Assembly (NCBI GenBank): GCA_020137815.1
Contig: CM035358.1
Location: 2,418,001-2,482,000, forward strand
DNA: 64,000 nucleotides
DNA from: Hormiphora californensis
Taxonomy: Eukaryota; Animalia; Ctenophora
Direction: 5' to 3'
Under the pieces are notes generated by a model. That model did no database searches. It was given only the letters and a program-made list of their open reading frames with translations, and was not told the origin of the DNA. A program made the position numbers and the translations under genes. Positions 1 to 10,506 of the stretch are shown here, one piece after another. Each line of letters begins with the position of its first letter. The stretch's first letter is position 1.

Positions 1-71
1 ACACATCATTTTGACAATTTTACATCATGAAATAATGTCATACTGACATTAGAAACCAAAAAGGGACCTAA

Positions 72-326
72 ATTAAGCCAAAAACTAATTGGAATTAGTT
101 GGCGGGAAAGGTGGCCCACTTACACCTTTGCCTGATGCCGGGTTTTATTTTAAAATGTATCAGGGATATAAGAGGTGAGTGAAATAGAGAAAGAGAAAGG
201 GTGAGAGAGAGATTGAGATACCGACGTGACGTGAAGAGAATGACAGTTCGTGGTACCCGGTAGCAGCAAAAGGTGTAAGTGGGCCACCTTTCCCGCCAAC
301 TAATTCCAATTAGTTTTTGGCTTAAT
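72..326. mobile_element. Foldback/MITE-like element, copy 1 (~60-bp inverted repeats ATTAAGCCAAAAACTAATT...)
   Basis: 72-135 is inverted at ~256-326 around a GA-rich spacer. The same element and the ~70 bp before it recur at 912-1395. Confidence 0.7.
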
Positions 327-979
327 ACATATATACATACATACATAGATGTATAGACGCTTTGTTACCTTCCGTTTGGTCCCAGTTTGAGACGAACCAG
401 ACATCGTACGACCTTAAACCAAGCGGCATTCGACAGATAATTGTCTCGTGCATGTACCCATCTGGGTGGCGACTCTCCATCTTACCTATGACGCGCGCAA
501 TGACGTCACGAGTGACGTCATTGCGCGAGACCGACTAACTTTTTTCAAACGCCTCTAGCACCCTGAAGACGTGTTCCGATTTCTGATTTGACGAAAAATC
601 GTTACCGGCAAATCGTCTGAACTTTCAGATACTATATAGCGAATTTTCGTAGCTTATCATTTTGAGCCCTTAAATCGCGTCGGAAGTCAAAAATTTGACG
701 AAAAATTCAGCAAATTGAACGTTTTTCGAGCAAAAACTCCCTTTCCTGACCACTGTGGTCAATGAAACCTTACAAGCTCCTTTGGGGTATTGATTCAAAA
801 TATATCGTGATACAATTACGTCGTTACGACGTCACTAATTACGTCAAATGACGTCATAATGACGTCTAAAATAAGATTTTCACAGAAATTCGTCTCGTTT
901 CTCATATAGCGCATCATTTCGACAATATTACATCATGAAATAATGTCATGCTGCGATTAGAAACCAAAAAGAGACCTAA

Positions 980-1118
980 ATTAAGCCAAAAACTAATTGA
1001 AATTAGTTGGCGGGAAAGGTGACCCACTTACACCTTTGCCTGCTGCCGGGATCAGGGATATAAGAGGTGAATATAATGGAATAAGACAGTGAAAGAGAGT
1101 GTGAGTGAAAGAGAGAGA

Positions 1119-1183
<65 letters not shown>

Positions 1184-1395
1184 AGAGAGAGAATGAGAAT
1201 GAGAGAGAGACAGGGACACAGGGACACAGGGAGGAGAGAGAGGGAAAGAACGAACAGGAATAAGTTACCCTCGAAAAATATGAGATTGAGATACCGAGGG
1301 ATAGAATGAGAGTTCGTGGTGATACCCGGCAGGAGCAAAAGGTGTAAGTGGGTCACCTTTCCCGCCAACTAATTTCAATTAGTTTTTGGCTTAAT
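980..1395. mobile_element. Foldback/MITE-like element, copy 2, with internal (GA)n
   Basis: Same inverted termini as 72-326; the spacer is expanded by a (GA)n microsatellite. Confidence 0.7.
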
Positions 1396-1457
1396 AATAA
1401 ATACGGTAAAAACTAAAAAAGATGGGGGGGTAATACAGAAAAGATGGGACTGGGTTT

Positions 1458-1489
<32 letters not shown>

Positions 1490-2541
1490 GGGAAAAGAGA
1501 GAGAAAGAGAGACCATAAGCTGTATAATAGTGGTACATCTTGTTCTTCTAGCAATACATACCCCCTACATGTAATGGTACTATAGCTGTCTTTTTCCTCA
1601 CTCTCTCTCTACTCTGTCACTCTGTCTCTCTATCTCTCTCTCTCGCCTCTCTCTCTCTCTCACTTTCTCTCTCCCTTTGCATATTATGTTCGATGGTAAT
1701 TACAACTACTCGAAGCTGCAGAATATATTCACTAATTAGAACACACATGACGTACAACTGTCGTAAACGAGGGATAAAGAGAGATAAAGAGGAATAAAGA
1801 GAGATAAAGAGGGATAAAGAGAGATAAAGAGAGATACATATCAGAGTCTTTAGTCTTGGATCAATGACAGCATAAATTCAAAACTTAGAACAAAGGCTGA
1901 TACCCCTTGGAAATTGCGACAGGAAATCAATTCAACCGCGTGTGGCAGAGATTCGAGAGAGACAATGGGAGAGAGAGAATGGGGGAGTACTATCCTAGGG
2001 TGGTGAAGTATTCAGAATATAATGAAATATGATAGGATGAACTAGGCGATAATATATGTTAACGATAAGAAATAATAATGCCCAGGAAGACGGAAGTTTG
2101 AATTCAAGACAGTGGTTTGAATAAGTTAACACACGCATTATATGTTACAGTTATTTTACACACAAAATTACTATACACACACACACGCCTCTGATAATAA
2201 TGTTAAAATATACACTCCATTCAACCCAGGATATAATACTTTTTCAAAATAAATAGATTTCTGGTCTGATCTCTCTGAATAGTTTTTGATATGTTACTGT
2301 AGGTAAACTATATATTGGACAAATCATACATGATGAGGAGATATAATATGTATGATGATGATGATTCCACATGCCATATATAACACATGTATGTAGTATG
2401 GACTCTGTGAAACATATTGAAATGTAGTATGTACTGTGATTATCAATAAGTACCATTCCAATTAAAACATACAACCCCGCAGGTTCCTGACCTTACACTA
2501 CTAATTATGGGATATAATTATGACTAATTAATTCTAATTAA

Positions 2542-4547
2542 TTAATCATCAGTAGGCTCGTGTTTCCGTAGCCTCGACCGAAGGTCCTTCATCTGATCGT
2601 TCTTCTTAGCCAACATTTTCTTTAAATTGTTGTACTGCGTCGTTTCGCTAAACTTCTTGTCTAATTCTCCTTGTGTCTGTGTGGGAGAGAGAGGTGGTTA
2701 ATAAATTGCATTTCTTGCGTCTGTACAAGAAGGGGGGGGAGAATGAAGAAGGGGGACAAGAAGAAGGGGTAGTAAGGTAAGGGGAAGTGAGACATATTAT
2801 TTTCTTAGAATGATTACCCCCGATAGTTAAACAGAATATAACAGAGCGGAGCTGACTGAGCGCAAAATAAAGAAGACCTAGGAGGCGTTAAATTACGTCA
2901 CCAAGTTTTAAACGATTTAAATCAGAGAGACTTTTTTGACAGGATGAAAGTATTATAAGTTGTCTAAAACTCTAAAACTAATAATATGGAATGATATGTC
3001 GGGGGTAGAAGTGACAAGTCACGGTGGTAGAACGTTCTGGATTTTAGCCAAGATGAAATATACGGAGAGAGAGAAATAAAGATAGGAATAGGATGGTAAA
3101 TGATGAAAGAAGAGATAGCGATGTTGAGAGAAAATGGGAATATAAAAGAATGAAAGAATGGAATGAGAGATTGTGAGAGACAATGAGCTCAATACAATGA
3201 TACCATTGTGTTGCAAAGGACTCAGGTGAGAAATTGCGTCAACAATTAGTTATACAGTGCTCACTGCTCACCCTCCCCACCCTCTCCCCCGTGGATTTCT
3301 GTATGGTGATTATACGACCTGTCAAATACATTACAGAGGCCTACAAATGCTGAAACACGACTAGTGCAGCAGGAGCCAGGCAAGGTCTCCAATCGTTTGT
3401 TATTTCCAACACAAAGTAGTTCAGGTGTGCACTGAGAACTTACCCCTTGATCTACCGAACCCTCGTAGAATCACATAACCCTCACAGAGTTTGTTATGTC
3501 CCAGCCCTCCTTTACATTTGTGCGGGTGCGGTGAAACATGGTCGAGCAAGATAACACAGAGCTGAGTCACACAACTCACCCACCGACCGTCACTTACCCG
3601 CTCTAAGTCAGCCTGTACTGCCAGCAGTTGGTGTTTAGTAGCGACATAGTCATCAGGAACTGAACTGTCCTGATGTTGAAATACTGCTACTAGCCAGCTG
3701 TCGACGAAGTCCTTCTATCTGCAGGGGAGGTGTTGTTGTAGGGACATGTCACATAGTACGTGTTTGTAACAATAATACACATGTGACACCTTCCTAGAGT
3801 AAACACACATGTGCTCTGGGAAGGAGCTTTGCAGGAGTGTGGCAGGTTCAACATCAAGAAAAGTTATCTTCTTTCCTGAGTTTTCAACCCGAGGATCAAA
3901 TGGAACTGCAGTTGACTCACCTCTGCAGCCATGGCTGAAATCTGTTGCTGTTTACTATCCCCACCAGTTCCCGGATCCTGAGACTGAATTTTCAGAAGTT
4001 TTACTTGCTCCTGCAGAGTCCCCTTCTCCGACAAAATATTCGTAGTATCCATCTCCAATTTCTCCAGCCTCTGCCGTAATTTGTTGTTTTCCTCCTCTAA
4101 TCGGCCAATCTCCATTTGTAACAGTGGTACAGGTCCTGAATCTTGAAGCGGCGTGAGTTTTGTTTTCCCTTCCTTTTTCAAGGCATTAGCGGACGTATCC
4201 TCCAACTTGGCAACTTCATCAAGCAGCGCCTTGTTCTCAAGTTCTGCAGTGTCTATGTTCAATTTTAAATGCCACTTCTCCGCCTGTTTAAAGAGTTGTC
4301 GGAGTAACAGGCAGTTGGTGTGATTACTATCCAGTAATTCGCTTTCAACATCAGCCCGCACGACGCCATTCAAATCTCTCAGAATCTCGTCCACCTCATC
4401 CCCAGTGTATGTCTCATCGAGTGCAACACGACTCGCTAGACAATCCTCAAAGTTACTGTCGACAGCACGAAGTTGCGTTCCACGGCGATATCGGGAGAAT
4501 TTGAGGAAATTCACGACGTTCTGGTAGTGGTGCTCGCTCAGTTCCAT
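2542..4547 (-). CDS. LZTFL1: Leucine zipper transcription factor-like 1 (BBS17, ciliary trafficking); 3 exons: 4547-3921, 3718(or 3714)-3598, 2676-2542
   Basis: MELSEHHYQNVVNFLKFSRYRR...LLLRQLFKQAEKWHLKL and C-terminal ATKHQLLAVQ..ELDKKFSETTQYNNLKKMLAKKNDQMKDLRSRL match LZTFL1. GT-AG introns. Exon 2 has a one-base frame problem (see findings). Confidence 0.92.
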
Positions 4548-4734
4548 GGCCTAAACACTGTTGAAATGAGTGGTGATAGATTTGAATAGGACCTTGATGG
4601 CGAATAGGTTCAAAGCGTAAGAGGAATTCAAATTTACAAGCGAAAACGGAGAAGTGGCAAAAAAGTCTCGAAAATTCAAAATTTTAAAATTTTTAATTTA
4701 AAAGATTTCAAAAAATCAAAAAGCTGCATAAAGT

Positions 4735-4878
4735 CGGATTTTTTGAAGTTGTCACCCCCCCTTCTCGTGCGCGGAATGTTTTTGCGCGTCACATCACATG
4801 TTAACGTGTGGTGTGCGCGTCAAAATTCATAAATTTCACACGCGCGGTCATTTTGGGGTGACAACTTAAAAAAATCCG
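4735..4878. repeat. Short inverted-repeat element (CGGATTTTTT..AAGTTGTCACCCC / GGGGTGACAACTT..AAAAAATCCG)
   Basis: ~25-bp imperfect inverted repeats seen directly. Confidence 0.55.
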
Positions 4879-4879
4879 T

Positions 4880-5068
4880 GGTATTTCCCACGCCCCGTGG
4901 GAAAGTTTTTGACCGTGGGAAAGTTTTCAAACCGTGGGAAAAGAGAGATACATACAATAACGTACAAAAAATAATTATTTTTTCAATGTTATTGTATGTA
5001 TCTCTCTTTTCCCACGGTTTGAAAACTTTCCCACGGTCAAAAACTTTCCCACGCGGCGTGGGAAATAC
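4880..5068. repeat. ~190-bp near-perfect palindrome carrying 8 CGTGGGAA motifs (MITE-like)
   Basis: Arms read identically on both strands, centre near 4974; the palindrome explains the mirror ORFs 4820-5113/4878-5096. Confidence 0.85.
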
Positions 5069-5259
5069 CGTAAGAGCTTCCACTAGCACACTTTGAAAAT
5101 CGACAAAACTCACTGCATAAAATGTAACGCGCTAAATTATTTATTTAGAGCGCTGCATTTCGTACTTTCTAAAGCGCGGCGCAAATTTATTTTTTGAATT
5201 TTGTTCGACAAATTTCAAAAATTGAGCTGATTTCTCAAACGAACTTTTCGCCTCCGCCC

Positions 5260-8200
5260 ATGTCTCAAACCGACTCGTGGGTAACTGGATCGCTCGTGAG
5301 GATCAAACTACGCAATTTTGTCACCTATGATGCGGTTGAAGTAGCTACAGGATGCCATCTAAACATAATAATCGGCCCAAATGGCACGGGGAAGAGCACG
5401 ATCGTCTGTGCACTGTGTCTTGGCCTTGGTGGAAAGACGAACCTCCTCGGAAGGGCCAGGGAGATAGCTGAGTTTATCAAGCACGGAAGGGACAAAGCGC
5501 TTATTGAAATCGAGCTGTACAACAAAGATGGACCTAATTACGTTGTCCAACGCACAATCACTAATGACAACAAATCTGACTGGAAGATAAATCGGCGAAG
5601 TTCGACCAGTAAAGAAGTTCTGGAGCTAACTCGGAAGCTAAATATTGATGTGAATAATCTGTGCCAGTTTTTACCCCAAGACAAAGTCTCTGAGTTTGCC
5701 AAGATGACCCCTCCGGAGCTTCTTCTATCAACGGAACGAGCTGTCGGAGGTGAGAAGATGGTGGAACTTCATGAAAAACTGACCAAGACAAACAACGAGA
5801 TGAAAACACTGAAATCAAATCAGGCCGGTAAGGAAACCAAGTTAGATCAGCTGAAAAAGCGGCAAGAGTACCTGAAAGACATTGTCCAGAAACAGAACGA
5901 GCGGAAGGAGATACTTCGGAAAATTGAAGTTCTGGAAATGAAGCGGCCCTGGATGGTTTACGAGAATAAAAGGAAGGAATTTGCCGCGTTTAAAGCTGGT
6001 GTTGATGAGAAGAATGAGAAAGTGAAAGACCTGAAACTTAAGGTCCAACCTCTGCAAGATGCTCACGATGATGCTAAAGTAAAACTGACTAATGCAGAGA
6101 ATACTGTTAAGGCTACTTCTCGTGAGATTTCCACCTGTGTCAACCATATCAGGACCACGGAATCTAAACAATCAGCTGCTGGTGAGAAGATTGACGAAAT
6201 CAGGGAGGAGTTTGCTGCCAAAGTCTTTGAGGTGCAGGAACGGAAGACCAAGATTGAGGCGTTAGAGAGGGAGGTGACTGCGTACAAACAACAGCTGAAC
6301 GATCTACCCCCCGCTAAACAACTGATGGAGGCATCCAACAAGAAACACAAAGAGTTGAGAGATCTCGCCAAGGCTACTGCTGCAATTGAAAGTCAAGTGA
6401 ATGAGATGTACCATGAGGAACGTGAAGTGAAAAGCAAACTGGGTGCTCTTGAGACACAAATGAATCGGCTGAATGATGTTCAAAATCGGAAGATGGAAAC
6501 CCTTCGGAAATTCGAGCGGGACACCTTCGTAGCTGTAGAATGGCTACGAAACAATCGGAACCAGTTCCAAGGTGAGGTATTGGAGCCACTGCAGATCAGT
6601 GTCAATGTACCCAACCCGGCTAACGCAAAATACTTCGAGGCTATCATCTCGAGAAACGATCGGAAAGCCTTTGTATTTGAACGCAAGGACGATTTGAATA
6701 CCTTTATGAGGGAGTTGAGAGACAAACAACGTTTGACAATTAACGCCGTCTTGGCTCCAGCACCTAAGCAGTTCCCGCCCCGATACAACATTAACGACCT
6801 CCAGAGATTCGGATTTGACTCCTTCCTCTCGGATCTGATCGATTGTCCACCACTGGCTAAGCGGTATCTCTGCCAGTACTACAATGTTCATAACATTCCG
6901 ATTGGAAACCGGAACTCAGAGAATCACATCGATACGGTGAACAGTATCATAACATCTGGAGTGTTCTTTACACCAGCCAACAGGTAAGGGATCTCTGATT
7001 TTATCACATGCATGATGTTGTCAGGCACTGATTGTTACATCGCACACGAATGATGTAGTTACTTTTTGGGAATAGAAGTAATTCGATCGTATCTATGGTT
7101 CAATTTTATTCCGCCGAATCCCCGAGACTTGTCTAATTAACCCTCGACTCCCCCTTTCAGGTATTCCAACCGAAAGTCCCGATACAGTAGCGACACGATC
7201 TCTAACAGTGCCCCACTAAGAGAGGCTCGGATTTTCAATCTGACCCTGGATACTGCCCGGATTGACGCCATTCAGAGGGAGAAAGCACAACTTCAGTCGG
7301 AGTTGCAGAATGTACAGAGTCGTTATTCTGACGTGAGTTATTTCTTTGTTTAACGTCCCACTCCGGTATTCTAAGGGAATGTCATGGTAAAATATTGATC
7401 TGCACTAAAATATATATCCTTCCGGCTGCTTCCCTAGATGTTCTAACGCCTTCTCCATTCCCCAGTTAAAAGCGGAGGTAGCGAAACGAAAGGAAACAGA
7501 GGGACAACTCAAGAAGGAGAAAAGTGATCTCAACAACCAGATCCGGTACAGGGACACAACGGAACAGAAAATACAACACCGGACCGAAAAGATTGAAACT
7601 CTAGAGAAGCAGAATATCGATCTTGCAGCTGAGAAAAAGAAGAGAGATGAGAGGATTAAAGATGTGATGAGGAAATATGTTACGATCCAGGTAAGACTTA
7701 CCTCAAGTATAGTAAAGGAGGGTTAGAATTTGCCTAACCACACCCTCTGCTTCTACCCAGAATAACTCTTCTTCCCCTAACTCTCTCGCCCTAACTAACC
7801 CCCTCCCCCTCAGAGTAAGCTAGTTGAACTGTACACGGAGTTTGAGCAGTATCTCCACACCAAGAGTCAGGAGTATGTACACCAGATTGCATTGCAGTTA
7901 GCTGTTTCAAAGTCAGAAGATGTTCTGAAATCTAGCTCTCAGGTACTTGTTTGTTTAGAAAAATGGATTTTAAACCCATATACAATGATATTGCTAGATT
8001 ACTCTATCTGATGACGATGATGATATTCTTGACTCCTCTGGTCTGGGAAATATTATCAAAACCCCGTATTACTATTCTCGTTATAGGAACTGGAGCAAGC
8101 GACAGAGGAGTTGGAGATATTGCAAGCCCAGCTATCACAAAAGAAAAAGGAGGCCCTGGAGTTGATGAAGAAAGCTCGTGATTCAAATGGGCATTCCGGA

Positions 8201-9334
8201 CCAACAGATCAACAGAAGAGACTGTTTAGAGAGTAAGTGTATTACCAAGTCCTTATTTGGGCATAGTTCGCTCCATATATGGACATATATCACGTGACAA
8301 CTTCTCCCTCTTCAGGTTTGCAGTAGGTTCACTTGATGAGCTGGACCAGCAGCTAAACGAAGCCCGGGCACTGGCGGACTGTAGTGGCTCTGTTGATACC
8401 CAGGTATGTAGAGACTACTATCTTCATTCGTTATGAAATATAAATCCCCCATTCTGTCATGATTCCCCAACTCTTCCCTCTTGGTCTTCCTCGCTTCCCC
8501 CTTCCTCTGTCGCGTGTAAGAGGGTACCACCTCCTGTTACTCTCCTCTGATTTACATTCTAACCCTCGTCAGGCAATAACTGAGTTCAACGAACGAAAAG
8601 AGGAGATATCCAACTATGCCAGGGATGTGGAAGCTAACCAAATCAAGCTGGCCGCCCTGGAAGCAACCATCAAGAAACACAAATCACTATGGCAACCATC
8701 CCTCAACAACATGATCGACAAAATAAACGTCAAATTCCGCTCCTTTTTTGGTAATATTGATTGTGCAGGTGAGGTGTTGTTGTCGGAACACGAGGATTAC
8801 GATCAGTGGGGTATCGACATTAGGGTTCAGTTCCGGAACTCAGACGAGATGAAGCGGCTGACGTCATCATACCAGTCCGGTGGAGAGAAATCCGTATCCA
8901 CAATTCTCTACCTTCTCTCTCTTCAAGGGTTAACGGAGTGTCCCTTCCGTGTTGTAGATGAGATAAACCAGGGGATGGATCCCCGAAATGAGCGGAAAGT
9001 GTTTGAAATGATGGCCAGTGTAGCTACTATCTCGGGTACATCCCAGTACTTCCTGATCACCCCGAAACTCTTGCCAGCGCTCGATTATAACGACAAGATG
9101 AATATTCTGGGTATATTTAATGGGGAAGGTCTGGAAGAGAACGATAAAGATGATCTGGATCAGTCCTTTGCACATGATAAGGTCATTGAAGAGAGTCAGG
9201 TTCCGGAATTCACAGATGTCTCAAAGTCAGGCAGGATAAAAACAATGTACTCTTCTAAAAAGGGGCGAGTCCTCAAAACTTGCTTTTATTTATCAAATTT
9301 TAAATCATGCAGAATTGTTTTTTTATTCCTCTAA
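5260..9334 (+). CDS. SMC5: Structural maintenance of chromosomes protein 5; exons 5260-6983, 7161-7332, 7466-7690, 7814-7942, 8087-8232, 8316-8403, 8573-9334
   Basis: Walker A GPNGTGKS with RIKLRNFVTYD and NNLCQFLPQDKV; long coiled coils; QSGGEKS signature; CPFRVVDEINQGMDPRNER and QYFLITPKLL are SMC5-specific. All intron phases are compatible. Confidence 0.96.
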
Positions 9335-9597
9335 CTTTATATAAAATCAATATTCAATATATATTGTTCATACAAGGCGTGCAATTTATTTACTTATTAT
9401 AATGATTTCTTCACAGCCTGTGATGTGTGTTTTACAAATGACAAATCAGTTTATTTCGTAAATTTTTACTCCAACAAATTAAATCATTGAGTTGTTTCCT
9501 TCAAGATTCTCACATCGTTGTTTTATGACCATCTAACAACCACTTCCCCCTTTCCCCCTCTTAACTACCTAACACCCCGCTCTCCCTTAAAGCAGAG

Positions 9598-10169
9598 ATG
9601 GTCAGTCCTCTAGTTAAGCCTCGCATCGTAAAGAAGCGAACAAAGAAGTTCACCCGACATCAGTCTGACCGATATGCCAAGCTATCCAAGTCGAGCTGGA
9701 GGAAGCCCAAGGGTATTGACTCCAGGGTCAGGAGGAGGTTCAAGGGTCAGTTCCTCATGCCCAGCATTGGTTACGGAAGCAACAAGAACACCCGACATAT
9801 GATGCCCGATGGTTTCCTCAAGTTTGTTGTCCACAATGTTGCCGAGCTGGAGCTTCTTATGATGCAGAACAAAACGTAAGCAGCAATTAATCTTTAAAAT
9901 TAAGTTTCGTGGTATAGTTATTGACTAAATTTTAGTTACCTAATACCTTAATCCATCAAAATAGCCATTAGCCTGCCCATAGGGCATAGCCTGTGATGAT
10001 ATCTTTTGTAGACCCGCTCAATTAACTACCCTTCTCTCTCAGATACGCTGCCGAGATTGCTGCTGATGTCAGTGCCAAGAAGAGGAAAGTTATTGTTGAG
10101 CGAGCCCAACAATTGAACATCAAAGTCACAAACTGGCAAGCCAAGTTGAGGTCAGAGGAGGATAACTAG
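9598..10169 (+). CDS. RPL32: 60S ribosomal protein L32 (eL32); exons 9598-9875, 10043-10169
   Basis: [43 protein letters not shown]; the second exon [30 protein letters not shown] completes the protein. Confidence 0.97.
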
Positions 10170-10506
10170 AAATATTTGTTGTGCTCGGTCTCATTTTTTA
10201 TCCATCAAAAAACCTATTTGTTGTTTTGATCGTGTTTTACAATCCCACCCCCCCCCCTTCTCTATAGTAATATTCCCTCTTTCCTTAAACTGTTTGTACT
10301 GTCTCCCCGATATTCCCTCTCCTTCCATCTGATAATAGTCCCTTTTTCCTTGAACTGTCTCCACAATCTTCATGGGACCGGAAACCGCACGAAGGTGTGT
10401 CTGAACAAGACAAAATTTTCCCACTTTATAAAAGTTAACCCCTACCCTATCTCTAGCTAGCATGATATTATAGCACAGCTGAACTCTACCTCGCACAAAA
10501 TGCGAG

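Larger units (their letters stand above)
4548..5259. promoter_or_regulatory. Divergent (bidirectional) promoter region LZTFL1/SMC5
   Basis: Head-to-head ATGs ~710 bp apart; locally CpG-rich (many CGCG); contains two palindromic elements. Confidence 0.6.

Noticed and set aside
4820-5113. Mirror-image ORFs on both strands
   Set aside because: Artefact of the DNA palindrome; no real start context or homology.
5194-5259. N-terminal extension of SMC5 in the ORF track
   Set aside because: Starts at TTG under a bacterial-style caller; the first ATG is 5260, just before the conserved head domain.
9876-10042. snoRNA in the RPL32 intron (TGATGA at ~9993)
   Set aside because: No downstream box D CTGA and no clear H/ACA two-hairpin layout.
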